From Hemiscyllium ocellatum (taxonomy: Eukaryota), in the NCBI RefSeq assembly GCF_020745735.1, contig NC_083417.1:64356001-64420000 (forward strand): a stretch of 64,000 bases of DNA, given 5' to 3'. Below, in pieces: positions 1 through 13,852 of the stretch. The position numbers and the translations under genes are program-made. Under the pieces are notes generated by a model. That model made no database searches, was not told the DNA's origin, and saw only the letters and a list, made by a program, of their open reading frames with translations. Within the stretch, counting starts at the first letter, position 1; every line of letters begins with the position of its first letter.

Positions 1-903
1 GAAATATTTAATATTTTGTGATGCAACATGGATAGTTGTGAGCTCGGTGGCTGTTAATATTAGCAAAAAGGAAATTGGCATCCCCATTCAGGAAATGCAT
101 GGATTATTCTAACGACTTAACCTTCAACAATTTCATATTCAATAACATGAATGAGATTGGCAATCCCAATACAGCAAAGCACCACAGAACTCAAAACACT
201 CACGTGAGAACATCACTCACCAAGTGAAAACAGCCAATGTTGATTTGTAGTAGGCCTTATGGATTCTGTATTTATTGAATTTAGACCTATGACCAATAGA
301 GCTAATGTTGTAGCATTACAAAGTCACAATTAGATAAAACGTATCGGCTGAATATAAATTATAACAGACTCGGTGAAGTTTTGTTCAGAAAAACAGTTGA
401 AAGAATTTTAACCAAATATTTGACTTCTTTTTTTACTGTAGATAACATTCCATGTTACGATATCAGTGTATTGTTACATCTCTGGTGGGTAGCATCACAT
501 GGTATGCAGAAGCCTGAGTTGACATAACAGATAAATGAAAGCAAAATTTCTTGTGGATGGGTGGTAGTTTTCCTACCGCTGTGCAAGAAAGTTGGAGTCG
601 GATCCCCACTACTTCAATAGATGTCCATTTCGGAAAAGCTTGATTACAAAATATGGACACCAATCTCATGACGCTATCAAAATGTATGTTCCCGATGCGT
701 ATTATTTCTATGTAGACCGTGCATTTCTTTCTATAAATGGACGTATTCTGAAATTCATTCTTCGTTTTTCTACATCCACGTTTTCTCTGTGCATACCATC
801 TCATCAAAGGCTAGTACTCATTCAGTCTGCAAATCCAATGTTTGACAATATCACCAATTTATTACTTTAGGCGGTATTTCAAAATAATTACCAGAAAAGC
901 TAC

Positions 904-2632
904 CAAACGCCGATTTTCTGAACAGTGTTCTGAAAAATTCTGAATTTCCGATTTCCTGCAGTGAGCTAGGAAAGGTGAACAGATAAACCTGGTGTTACTT
1001 AGGCTAGGTTGCATCTCAACCAAAGAGTTGGAAACTCCATACAGCCCATTGGGGTTCTTCGCATTAGTTGTACATATCACTATTGCGTTCTCAATGTCAT
1101 TTTTGTATCAGGTGATCGTGAGTTCCGACGGATGAAATTAAGCTGTTTCACATGCGAGAATCAGAGACAACAGTGGGATTCATTTCAAGTGGCCTGCAGG
1201 CAATCTACATTGAGCTTGGGGTCGCTGAGGTGTAGAAAACAAACATTGTTGTTACTGGATTTTGGTATGAAAATTAAATATAATTCGAGTTTATACTGGG
1301 CAGTTTTATGATTAGAACACCATTCGAAAGGGATACTTCTGTCATTTTAATGTTTCTCACATCATCTGCACCTATGAATTCAACATAAACACCAGCATGC
1401 GATGAATTTCATGACAGCTGCATTTTCCTATCTGCTATCAATTCTGAACAGGGATCGCTGGAGTCAATATTTTAATTGTTTTCTCTACATCGACACTGCT
1501 GGACTTTCTGAGTTACTCCAGCAACTTCTGCTTTTGCTTCAGATTTCCAGCAAGCATAATTCTTTGTTTTAAATTTTGATAGCATCAAAATGGGCCAACT
1601 GGGAGAAGCACATTATTATAGATGATTTTCAATTACCATATGTTTGCAGTTTGTCCAGAATTTCCTCAATCGAGTACATATTACATAATTTACATAATAA
1701 GTATGTTATGTTTGGAGTTCTAATCAATCTGATTAAACTTCATTTGTTTTCGAGTTTTTTGAAGATTTGTAGCTCAGATTGAATTTCTGGATGTAGGTTT
1801 GCTCGCTGAGCTGGAAGGTTCGTTTTCATTTGTTTGTAGTGCTCTGAGTCCGGCTTTATTTGTCAACCACGACAGCACGGAAGATGAAAGTGCAATTTGT
1901 CTGAAAATGTGCTGATAGTCATGCTTTTACTGACAAAAAAAAACGCAACACAATAATCACAAAAGCAAAACATAGTACAGCGATTGCTGGAAATCTGAAA
2001 CTAGCAAGGATATTGCTGGAGAAACTCAGCAGGTCTGGCGGCATCTGTGGAAAGAAACAGTGCTCAATTCTGCTTCTCTCTCCACAGAACCACCATTTAA
2101 ATCACAATAGAACGCTAATTGCCTTTGATGAATTATCAAATGCTCGTTTTCCTGGTGATTGTCTCCTACCATTCACACATCAGTGTGATTCGATCCTTGT
2201 TGAATACTGTCCAGGAATGAAGTCCAAAATCTTGCAAGCATAGGAGAGCACTCCCTTCATGGCTAACACTAAATTGCTTTCTGCTATTGCCGGGGATTAG
2301 GAAATAATGCTCGCCCTGTTTCCACCAATGCTCATTTATTGAGGAATGCGCCCCAGAGATGGGAAAGAAGCAGATCAAGGTGATTTTCTTCTTTCTTTAG
2401 ATTTTTGAATAATACCGAAAACAGCGTGTTCCTCAGCTGCCAGAAAATAGTGTCATAGATAATTTAATTGTACTAGACAAAACATGCAGATCGAAGAGGG
2501 AGAAAAGATGTTATATTGCGGAATTATATTGCAGTAAATAAATTGCGATAAATTTATTTAGGTAGGGCGCTGGTCAAAGAGGTATTTACCTGTGCAAATA
2601 ATATCCCTGAGAATCAAGCATCGGAAAACCAT
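904..2632 (-). pseudogene. VJ-C1 receptor pseudogene, copy 1 (leader 2590-2632, V about 2150-2436, C1 about 904-1224)
   Basis: Leader MVFRCLILRDIICT|gtaaat. V remnant ..ICFFPISG..HWWKQGE..RKQFSV.. with a frameshift and YYC decayed to HSW. C1 remnant LACETA*FHPSELTIT*YKND..NPNGLYGVSNSL..FIC. Exon order and intron sizes resemble the intact gene. Any TM/tail exons would lie before position 1. Confidence 0.85.
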
Positions 2633-3703
2633 ACTCACTTTTCATTCTGAACACTAAATTTAATTGATACCTGTCAACACTAGCTGCGAGACATTGAAAG
2701 ATAACTTCCGGTTAGAGTTCCATCACTTGTGAGGCTTATGACGTTTGTCTTCCTGTAACAGCGGCTTCTGCAAATTTGTTTGGCCTAATCTTTGCATTGA
2801 CACTGAAAGACATGCGTTGTTGACAGAACAGGGAAGATGCGACCTTTTCAAATGTCACATTTCTCAACACTTTTAAGAGTTCAGTAACTAAACATGGTGC
2901 GTCACATTAGTGCAACCAATTTAACGTTTTGTTGAGCATGTCAAACGATGCAGAGAAATTCCAAACACGAAGCAATTAGATGCCGCTCTAAATTCTTTAA
3001 GATAAACTAAGAGAAAGTAGGAGACTATACATGCGACAGACGTCAGGTGAATAACTAAACTAAGAACCAGGTCGATATAGATTCGAATGGGAACTGAAAT
3101 TGCAGATTAGAGAAGCTGAAAGAAAGATTATGAGTGGTGAAAAAGCACACCAAAAAGTTTTTCCTGGCATTTACTGACTAAAGAGCTGCTAAGAAATGGA
3201 TTGTGGCCGATCAGGGTCCAAAAGGTGGATTTAACAACGGTTGGCATGGCTGAACGACTGAATGTCAATTTGTAAATGTCTCCTTGAAGAAAGCGCTGCC
3301 CTGCCCATGGCGAAATGGTGAATATTTCGTGCGGTGAAGGTGTTTAAAATTAATATCAGTGAAGCACTGAAAAGACTTTTTATGTTACTTTGATAAAGAA
3401 TCGGGACTAGATGAGATGTAAGCAATGTCACCAGGCCAAAGAGTGGCAATTGTGGACTCACTGGTTGTTGTGAGATAACTAAGGAGACTCGATACAAATT
3501 AATTGACGTAGGGAATTGATAGAATGGAAAAATGCCTCAGAAAGCTTCAAGAGACAGCTCAAAAATTTGACTGATCTTCAGATATACATACCAGACCTTG
3601 CAAAATCAAAAATGCCCACAGTTGCGTCAGTGCATCTACGCTTTTTGTTCCTTATACTCTTCTGAAAAAAGTAAGCAAAACCTGGCTTTTGCTTCTTCAT
3701 TTT

Positions 3704-4016
3704 GGGTGGCACAGTGGTTAGCACTGTTGCCTCACAGCGCCAGGGACCTGGGTTCAATTCCCGCCTTAGGCAACCATCTGTGTGGAGTTTGCACGTCCTC
3801 CCCGTGCCTGCGTGGGTTTCCTTCGGGTGTTCCGGTTTCCTCCCACAGTCCAAAAATGTGCAGGTTAGATGAATTCACCATGCTAAATTGCTCGTAGTGT
3901 GAGGTGAAGAGATAAATGTAGGGGGATGGGTGTGGGTGGGTTCCTCTTCGGAGGGTCGTTGTGGACTTGTTGGGCTGAAGTCCTGTTTCCATAGTGTAAG
4001 TAATCTAAAAATAAAA
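3704..4016 (+). mobile_element. HE1/V-SINE tRNA-derived SINE
   Basis: tRNA-like head (TGGCACAGTGGTTAGCA...GGTTCAATTCC), central V-domain GTGTGGAGTTTGCACGT..GGTTTCC, CR1-like tail. Orthologous copy at 55651-55955. Confidence 0.9.
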
Positions 4017-4365
4017 ACAATTCTCTTCCACATCAAAATATCTGGTCCCTTGTCTTCTCTGACAGAATCCATTTCCCATCTTCTTCATTTGTCCTGTTCG
4101 ATTGCAAGACCACTGATGTGATATTGCATTTAACCTGTTATCTGTGATTATTAGGAAAACTATTTCCTCCTCAGATGGCATACGCCCTAAAAAGTCATTG
4201 AGCCTAAAAAGTTTTGCAATACCAGCAAGACTAAGTAAAGTTTAAATACCATGTATCCATGTATTCAAGCACGAACCTGTTCCGTTTTCCTCCTTTAATC
4301 CAACAGTACAATGTGCTTCCACAGCCGCCATGAAGTTTTACACAGAAACATCCCACTCCAACTGG

Positions 4366-4679
4366 ATTAGATTAGACTTACAGTGTGGAAACAGGCCCTT
4401 CGGCCCAACAGGCCCTTCGACCCGCCGAAGCGAAACCCACCCATACCCCTACATTACCCTTACCTAACACTACGGGCAATTTAGCATGGCCAATTCACCT
4501 GACCCGCACATCTTTGGATTGTGGGAGGAAACCGGAGCACCGGAGGAAACCCACGCAGACACGGGGAGAACGTGCAAACTCCACACAGTCAATCGCCTGA
4601 GTCGGGAATTGAACCCGGGTCTTCAGGCGCTTTGAGGCAGCAGTGCTAACCACTGTGCCACTGTGCCACCGTGCCGCCC
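4366..4679 (-). mobile_element. HE1/V-SINE, present only in duplicon copy 1
   Basis: Full SINE with (TAATC)n tail. The corresponding site in copy 2 (about 56305) is empty. Confidence 0.9.
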
Positions 4680-5784
4680 ACAAATTGTCAGTGCTAAGTC
4701 TGGCTTCTCTCAAGGAGCAGTGTGACGGGCTTCATACTCTCCTTTTTTTCCTAAATTGGAGGTGTGGGCACCCTAGCGAGACAGTAGGTTCGCATATCAG
4801 GATTACTTTCTGAGCCTACGAAGCTGTGGTCACCACATCAACTTCCATAGAACCACTCCTGCAGTGTAAGCAATAATCTACTTATTAGAAAACGGTAATG
4901 CGTAGTTGAACTACATTGAAAACAATTTTAATCCATAGGTGAACATTCAACAAAACATTCCACTCCCAAATAGCCGTCATCATGTCACATTCAATACTTC
5001 ATTTAAGTCTGTCTCCAGACACATGGCCAACAGTTGGACGGGAAGTCTCTGCTTCATTTTCACCTGGGACTCGCTTGATCGTACTCAGTAAATGGTTTAA
5101 CAGTTCAAGGATTCGCTTCCCCTCGGGAAACAAGTCTCTCAGAGTTCAGTTTTTGTTTGAGATTGTCTGTTACAATCAGCACCTTATTAAGAATGCTTTT
5201 TTAACACCACTCGATCAGGGAGGACTTGAACCCAAAGAGCTACTGAAGGCATTTTTAGTTTTGAACATGCACACCAGCTGCTCTCCTGGGTTTTGAACCA
5301 AGTCGCCAGACCCTCAACATTACTACTTCAGTCACATTGCCATTACACCACCCTCTTCCCAGCGACACACCCTGATCACTGGGAACAATTTTCTGTTTCT
5401 TTTATTATTTTGATCAAAATGCTCAAGAATGTTATAACACACTTACAAAACATGGGGAACATGAACCCTTCCCCATTCTCCACTCAGAAGTAGGAACACT
5501 ACCACTGCACAACATATTATGAAATTTCCAATTACTGCAGTTTCCTTGAGATTGAATCAGAAGTTTGAGTTAATGACTGGAAAGTGCTGATAAGCATACT
5601 GACCCCACCAAGGCACATCTGAGCCACGTAATTGTCTTCTCTACCATGATATGCCACCTGGTAGGTTTGACGCAAAATTAAGCAATGGAGTCGCAGTCAG
5701 CGATACTGAGGTCCCACGAATGGATAAAAACAAAAGCCTCCATTGAAGATCAGCAAGAGTAAAAAGTAAAAGAAGTCTGAGTAA

Positions 5785-6330
5785 TAGTCATACAATTATA
5801 TAGCACAGAAACAGACCCTTTGGTCCAACTCGTCTACTCTGACCGATTGGCCTAAACTAATCTAGTCCTAAATGCCAGCATTTGGCCCATGTCCCTCTAA
5901 ATTCGTCCCATTCCTGTACCCATCCAGATGCATTTTACGTGTTGTAAAGATACCAGCCTCCATTACTTCCTCTGGCAGCTTCTTCCATATACACACCATT
6001 CTCTGTGTTAAAACATTGCCCCTTAGTCCACTTTTAAACCTTTCCCCTTTCACCCCGAAACAATGGCCTCTTGTTTTGGCCTTCCTTCACCTGGGCATTC
6101 ATCCTATCGTAGCCCCTCATGATTTTATAAATATCAATAAGGTCACCCCTCAGCCTCCGACGGTCCTGGGGGAAAACCATTGCCTATTCAGCCTCTCCCT
6201 GCAGCTCAATCCGTCCAATCCTGGCAACATGCTTATGAATCCTGTCTGCACCCTTTAACAACATCTCTCCTAATCAGAATTGAATGCAGTATTCTATATG
6301 TGGAATAACCAGTGTCCTTTATAGCATGTT
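5785..6330 (-). mobile_element. CR1-clade LINE 3' fragment
   Basis: Translation ERFKSGLRGNVLTQRMVCIWKKLPEEVMEAG is the CR1 ORF2 C-terminus. Paralogue at about 57430-57970. Confidence 0.85.
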
Positions 6331-6629
6331 GCTCCCTCTTCAAAGACTGAATACTATTGGCGAGTTTCATTTGAAGCTTATCAGGCTTAAACGGACGACA
6401 CTAAAAGTGAACCACGTCAGAAAGTTCAATCTGCCATGAAAGGTAGAAATTCATCAGCAGATGAGGCAGCAAGGTGGGCAGCAAGGATTGTGTTTCCAGG
6501 AAAGTACCAACATACGCAAAAGGAGAACAATAGGCAGAAAATACATAAGGAGACGCCCGGAGTCAAATTGGAGCAATAGTAGAAAACATAAGATGGAAAA
6601 CGTTAAATACAGGGACTGCTTCCAACAGG

Positions 6630-7110
6630 ACAACTTTGGTCCACTCCTGCTCCACTCCAAATGCTCCCCACTCCCGCATGGTACCTATCCTTGCAGTCAC
6701 AGAACGTATAACACCTGCCTATTTACATCTTCCCTCCTCACTTTCCAAGTCACTAGAGACACCTTTCATGAGAGGCAGTGACTTATATGCACTGCACTCA
6801 CTTTAGTCTAATAAATTCACTGCTCACAATGTGGTCTCATCTAGGTTGGGGAGACAAAATATAGACTGGGCAGCTACTCTGTGTAACACCTATGTTGTGT
6901 CTGTTAATAATTTCCTAAGCTAGTGGCAATTCAACACTTGACCATGTTCCTTGGGCAATATCTGTGTCTTGAGCTTTTTGCAGTGCTCAATGAGACTCGG
7001 CAGAAGCTAGAAGAAATACTGGGGACTCAATATCGAGTTCAATAATTTTCATGAGTTACTTCCACGTCCTTTACCCATTCCCAGACTCCAAGCCATATCA
7101 TGACGTGCTT
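6630..7110 (+). mobile_element. Penelope-like element, GIY-YIG endonuclease fragment
   Basis: YPCSHRTYNTCLFTSSLL..CSQCGL..GETK-like coding remnant. Paralogue at about 58430-58900. Confidence 0.75.
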
Positions 7111-7334
7111 GATTTCAGCACAACTAATCTATTTTCTTTTTTGTTAATTGCACAAATGTTTCTAATCAACCTGTTCCTAGATACCATTGCACACCTCTGG
7201 AGCAGGTGGTCTTGAATCTGGATCTCCAGGTCCAGGGGTTGAGACATGATGATTTTTCCACAAGGGGACACCCGACCAAATCTATTTTCACCTATTTAAG
7301 TTCCTCATTATCAGCTTTCTCCTTTCCTGGCATA

Positions 7335-9295
7335 CCATTGGGACCAGTTGTGGGGGAGGTGGGACTATTGGAAATTGGACGGTCTGCACCTGGGCTGGAC
7401 TAGAACCAACGTTCTTGGGGGTGTTTTTGCTCATGCGGTTGGGGGGAGTTTAAACTAATGTAACAAGGGGATGGGAACCAAATGCGGAGGTTAGTGGAAA
7501 ATAAGGAGGTACGAACTGAAGCCAGGAAGGATCTTGATAATGAAGTCAGCGCGAACAAGGATAAGAGTAGACAGGGAGCAGATGATGAATGCAAAGGGAA
7601 TGGTCGTTCGAGATGCATTTGTTTTAGTGCGAGAAGTGTAGTAGGTAACGCAGATGATCCAGGGTGTGGATTCATACCTGGGAGTATGATATTATTGATA
7701 TTACTGAGACTTGGTTGAGGGAAGGACATGAATGGCAACTAAATATCACAGGATATCAGTGCTTCAGGAGGGATACATAGGGGGTTAAAAAGGGTGCAAG
7801 AATTGCATTGCTGGTCAGAGACGATGTCACAGCTGTGCTGAAGGAGGTCACTGTGGAAGACTCGAGCAGCGAGGCAATAGGACAGAGTTCAGAAATAGGA
7901 AGAGTGCAGTAACAATGTTGGGGTTGTACTACAGGCCTCCCAACAGTGAGTGTGAGATGGAGGTACAACCATCTAAACAGATGATCGAAAGATGTAGGAG
8001 CAAAAGGATGGAGGTGAGAGGAGTTTTGAATTTTCCCACATTGATTGAGCAGAATTTGTAAGGAACATCCAACTTAATAGAGTTCTTCGAAGAAGTGACC
8101 AAGTTGTTCGATGAAGGAAGGGCTGTTGATATCATATACATAGACTTTAGTAAGGCGTTTGATAAATTTCCCCATTGTAGCCCAATGGAAAAAGCGAAGT
8201 CAAATGTTATGCAGGATGTTCTAGTTAGGTGGATAAGAACTGGTTGAGCAACAGAAGACAGAGAGTAGTAGTTGAAGGGAGTTTCTCGAAATGGAGAAAG
8301 GAGACCAGTGGTGTTCCACAGGGATCAGTATTGGGGCCACGCTTGTTTATAATATCGATAAATGATCTAGAGTAGGGCACTGTTGTTATGATCAGCAGTT
8401 TGCAGTTGACACAAAGATTGGTGGAGTAACAGAAAGCATCAGGGACTGTCCGAGAATACAGGAACATATAGATAGACTGGAATGTTGTGCAGAAAGGGGG
8501 CAGATGACTTTCAATCTTGACAAATGTGAGGCAAGTCTAATTCTAGAGCGAATTATACAATGAATGGAAGAGCCTTGGGAAAAGTTGATGGGCAAAGAGA
8601 TCTGGGAGTGCAGGTCCATTGTACCCTGAATGTTGCTGCACAGGAGGATAGAGTGGTCAAGAAGGTATATAGTTGCTTGCTTTCATTGGACCCAGTATTG
8701 AGTATAAGAGCTGGCAAGTCATGTTAAAATTGTACCAGACATTGGTTCGGCTGCAGTGTACAGTTTTGGTCGCCACATTATCAACAGGAGGTGGACATTT
8801 TGGTGAGTGTGCAGAGGAGTTTTACGAGAATGTTGCCTGGTATGGATGGTGATAGCTATGAAAAGAGGTTGAGTAGGTTACGTGTATTTTCATTAGAAAA
8901 ATGGAGATTGAGGGGAGATCTGATTGAGGTTTACAAAATCATGAAGTGTATAGACAGGCTGGATAGAGACAAGCTTTTACCCAGGGTGAAGGATTCAATA
9001 GCGAGAGGTCATGCTGTCAAGGTGACAGGTGGAAGGTTTAAGGGGGATAGACGTGGCGAATACTTCACACAGAAGTCAGTGGGCGTTTGAAACGCGTTGC
9101 CAGCAGAGGTAGTAGAGGCAGGCACGGTAGATTCATTTAAGATGCGTCTGAACAGATACATGAAGAGGTGGGAAGCAAAGGGATACAAATGCTTAGGAAT
9201 TGATTGTCAGGTTTAGACAGTACATTTGGATTGGCTCAGGCTTGGAGGGCCGAAGTGCCCGTTCCTGGGCTGTAAATATTCTTTCTTCTTTGTTA
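7335..9295 (+). mobile_element. CR1 LINE (ORF1 end, APE endonuclease start, internal deletion, RT and 3' end), decayed
   Basis: [31 protein letters not shown] and RMLPGM motifs; TTCT-type tail. Paralogue at about 59130-61095. Confidence 0.9.
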
Positions 9296-9299
9296 TTTG

Positions 9300-11645
9300 T
9301 TCATCCAGGAGTGTTTTCTAATGCAGAATGGAAATAATCCAACTCGGGAAGGGAATGAGCCTGGCCAGGTGTTGAAGTTTCAGTAGGGGATTACTTTGGG
9401 AACAATAATCACATATCCATAAGTTTTAGAATACTCATGGACAAAGACGAGAGTGGTCCCAAAGGAAGAGTTCTAAATTGGGGTATGGCCAACTATACCA
9501 AAATTTTGCAGAAGCTGGGGAATGTGGATCGAAAGCAGCTGTTTGAAGGTAAATCTACATCTGGCATGTGGCAGACTTTTAAAGGAAGGAAGTTTAGAGT
9601 AAAGGGGATACATGTATCCTTGAAAATGAGGGGTAGAAATGGCAAGATTAGGGAACCATGGATGATAGGTGAAGTTGTGAGACTAGCTACGTCAAAACAG
9701 GAAGCATACATAGACGACTCAAGACGGACAAAACTTTGGAAGAATGTTGGGAATGTAGGACCAATCTGAAATGAGGGATTAAGAGGGCTAAATGGGGGCA
9801 TGAGATGTCTTTAGCAAATTGGGTTAAGGAAAATCCCAAAGCCTTTTATTCATATAAAAGGAGCAAGAGGGTAACTAGAGAAAGGGTTGATCCTCTCAAG
9901 AACAAAGGAGAAAAGTTATGTGTGGAGTCAGGGAAAGTGGGTGAGATTCTTAATGGGCAATTTGCATCAGCATCCACTGAGGAGAGGAACATGACAGATG
10001 TTGAGATTAGGCATAGATGTTTAATTACTCTAGGTCACGTGAGCATAAGAAGGGAGGAAATGTTGGGTATTCTAAAATGCATTAAGGTAGACGAGTCCCC
10101 ATGTCCGGATGGGATCTATCTCAGGTTCTGGTGGGAAGTGAAATGGAAATAACTGGGCCTTAACAGATATCTTTGCAACATCCTTGAACATGGGTGAGGT
10201 CTTGGACGACTGGAGAATTGCTAATGTTGTCCTCTTGTGAAAGAAGTGCAACAAGGATAATCCAGATAATTATAGACTGGTGAGCCTGACATTAGTGATT
10301 GGAAAGCTGCTGGAGAAGATACTAAGGGATAGGATCTATTCCTATTTGGAAGAAAATGGGCTTATCAGTGATAGTCAACATGGTTTTGTGCTTGGAGCAT
10401 CTGTCTTACCTTCTTTATTGAATGCTTTGACGAAATAACAAAGTTGATTGATGAGGGAAGGGCTGCAGATTTTACATACATGGACACCAGTAAGGCATTT
10501 GATAAGGTTCCCAATAGTAGGCTGATGGAGAAAATGAAATCACATGGGCTCCATGGTGTACTAGCTAAATGGATGAAGAACTGGCTGGGAAACAGGAGAC
10601 AGAGAGTAGTAGCAGAGGGGACTTTCTCAAAATGGAGAACTGTGACCAGTGTGTTCCATAGGGATTCATGTTGAAACCACTGTTGTTTGTGACATAGACA
10701 AAATGATATGGAGGAAGATACAGGTGTTCTGATTAGCAAGTTTGCAGATAACACTCAGATTGGCGGATTAGCAGATAGTTAAAAAGCTTGTCTGAGAATG
10801 CAGCAGAGTATATAAATTGGAGAGTTGGGTGGAGAAATGGCAGTTGGATTCAATCTTGGAAAATGTGAGGTGATGCATTTTAGAAGATCCAATTCAAAAG
10901 CAAACTATACAAGAAATGGATAAGTCCTCGGGAAAATTGATGTACAGAGAGATCTATTTGTTCACGTTCTCTGTACCTTGCAAGTGGAAATGTAGTTCAA
11001 CAGAGTGGTCAAGAAGGCATACAGTATGCTTTCCTTCATTGAACGGGGTATCGAGTACGACAGTTAGCAGAGCATATTACAATTGTATAAGACATTAGTT
11101 TGGCCACATTTGGAAGACTGCAGATAGTTCTGTTCGCCACATTACCAAAAGGATATGGCTGTTTTGGAGAGGATGCACAGGAGATTCACTGTGATGTTGC
11201 CTGGTATGGAGAACACGAGCTATGAAGAGTGGTTGAGTAGATAGTATTATTTTTATTAGAAAGACGGAGGTCGAGTGGACCTGACTGAGGTCTACCAAAT
11301 CATGAGATGTGTAGACAGAATGGATAGCAAGAAGCTTTTTCCCAGAGTGGTGGACTCAATTACTAGGGGTCATGAGTTCAAAATGCGAGGGGAATTATTT
11401 AGGAAGATATGCATGGAAAGTTCTTTATGTAGAGGGTGGCGATGAGGGAACACGTTGCCAGCAGAAATGGTCGGGGCAGGCATTGTATCATCATTCAAAA
11501 TGTGTCTAGATAAATGAATGGACAGGGAACAGGGGAATATGATCCTGAGAAAACAGGTGACAGGTTTATCAGAGGATCTGAATCAGACTTGGAGGGCTGA
11601 AGGGCCTGATCATGTGCTGTAATTTTCTTTGTTCTTTGTTCTTTG
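9300..11645 (+). mobile_element. CR1 LINE ORF2 (endonuclease-to-RT), decayed
   Basis: WVKENPKAFYSY, YMDTSKAFDKVP motifs and (TTCTTTG)n tail. Paralogue at about 61097-63440. Confidence 0.9.
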
Positions 11646-12294
11646 TCTCTTTGCATGTCTAACTGTCATTCAGCTCCCATTGGTATCCACCTGGGAGAAA
11701 GTGAGGACTGCAGGTACTGGAGATCAGTGTCATAATGTCTGATGCTGGAAAAGCACAGCTGGTCAGGCAGCATAGGAATCATTCCTGATGAAGAGCTTTT
11801 TTTTAACTCTGGGATCCACCTGTGGAAGACCACACCCTAACTTCTGCAAAATGTACCTTCCCAGTTCTTATGACTTCTGAAGAACAATCAGTGGATCCGA
11901 AACATTAACTCTGCTTTCTTTCCAAAGATGCTGCCAGACCTGCTGAGTTTCTTCAGCTATTTCCGCGTTTGTTCGGGCAGTTACTTTCTTTGATCTGTCA
12001 TTGACGTTCGTCATAATCATTAACCCGTCGCTTAACCAATTTGTTCGCTCTTGCTTGTGGTATTCGTTAGATTTATTTTCTTGGCAACGAGTGGCCGGAG
12101 CTCTTATACATGTTTGCACTGGAAATCCTGGCATTTTCTCCATGTTGGTAGCAGCTGACATCTGTTTCTCGACTTCAGCTTAGGTGACGGCGGCATCTTC
12201 TCGTCAATTTGAATTCCTGACGTTCGCAAATTCTACTCCAATCTTCTGCAGCCTGTCAGAATTATCAGACCGGGCATCCAAGTGGTTCAAAGAT

Positions 12295-13600
12295 AGAGTC
12301 ACAGAGATGTACAGCAGGGAAATAAACTCTTTAGTCCAACTCGTCTATGCTGACCTGTCATCCTACATTACTCTAGTCCTATTTGCCAGCCCTACGTATT
12401 CATATACCCATCCAGATGCCTTTTAAATATTGGAATTGTACCAGCTCCCACCATTTCCTCTGGCAGTTCATTCCGTCAAAATGATTTAATGTGGGGATAT
12501 CATTTTCTGAATAGTGCAGGTGTAATTAGGAAAAGAATGGATATGAATAAAAAACAGAAAGCATAATTAAAGTATCTGTGGAAGTTTTCAAAGTAATCAC
12601 TGTAATAATTGTTTCAGTAGTGCAGAGTATGCTAATATATGAGGAAATGTGATAAATGAAGGCTGAGCATTGCTGCAAGAGGAAGAATTAGAATTTCAAT
12701 GATCTGTCGACAGCACGGGTAAGGACATAGTTACATATAAGCTAGTTCTGGAAAACAGGTTCGCCAGCTTTATATCGATTCTATAAATACTGCTCAGCTA
12801 CATAGATGTACAACAGAACTGACCCTCACACCTTCGGTTTTAGCTGTTTGACGGTGACGGTCCAGATATGATAGAGTAATTTTATTCATTAGTAGTGTCA
12901 AACAGATAACAGCAAATTCCAGCCAGTGTCATACCGCGTCTGAAATGTCTTCAGGAAAAGGTAAATCCAGAATCAAGTGTTAAACACATTTCGAAATTCC
13001 GTTTCAATCACCCAACATTCGGGAGAAATAGTTTTAAAGAATAGTCAAATTGTTTGGTCGTGATTATGATGAAGTCTCCCTGGGAACAATATTTCTTCCT
13101 ACTTCAATCTGTATTTCCGAAGTTAGCAAAGGTGTTGAGATGCTTTTTTCCTTGTTTTAGCAGTATGATTGAGTCTTAGTATCAGTGAATGATTGAAATA
13201 GTAATTCGGGTTCAGTAATATTGTTATTAGACATATGTCTGGAAAAATCATAAAGTCATTACAGTCATACAGCTCGGAAACAGACTCTTCAGTCGAATCA
13301 GTCCATGCCGAACACAACTCTAATCTGAACCAGTCCCTCCTGCTTACTCCTCGTCCATGTATCTCTAAACTATTCTAAATCATGTATTTATCCAAATGTT
13401 TTTAACGTTGTAACTGTACCCACAATCCACCACTTCCTCAAGAAGTTCATTCCACACACTTAACCATGCTCTGTGTTAAGAAAAAACTTGCCCTCCATGT
13501 ACTTTTTAAATCTTCCTCCTCTCACCTTAAAAATGTGCCTCCTAGTTTTGAAATCCCCCATCCTCGAGAAAAGACACCTGTCATTAACGCTATCCATATC
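12295..13600 (-). mobile_element. Two short CR1 3'-end fragments (about 12295-12475 and 13252-13600)
   Basis: Same 3'-UTR pattern (..cagaaacag....tccaac..tcc..gc.gac) as other CR1 ends in the window. Confidence 0.6.
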
Positions 13601-13852
13601 CCACATTATTTTGTTTTATATCTGACAGTGTTCAGAACTCCAGCTTCTGCAACAAGAAATAATTTTTGCCACATCACCTCAGATGAGGTTGCCACATCAC
13701 CTTGGAATTCGGAAAGGCACGATTGAAAGCTCGATTTTTTTTAATTAGTCCCTGCATAAGCCTCCCTTTTTTGTCTTTAATAAAAGGGCAAAGATTCTAA
13801 CTAACCTGTTACATTAGTAAATGGTCATAAATGACAAAACAAAACTTAATGA

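Larger units (their letters stand above)
1..12162 (+). repeat. Segmental duplication, copy 1 (runs off the window start)
   Basis: Colinear, same-orientation match to 51351-64000 throughout, roughly 90% identical by eye, sharing CR1, PLE and SINE insertions. Confidence 0.95.

Noticed and set aside
3704-3780. tRNA-like A/B boxes in SINE heads (also the remnant near 5215-5240)
   Set aside because: SINE-derived; no cloverleaf with acceptor stem, so not tRNA genes.
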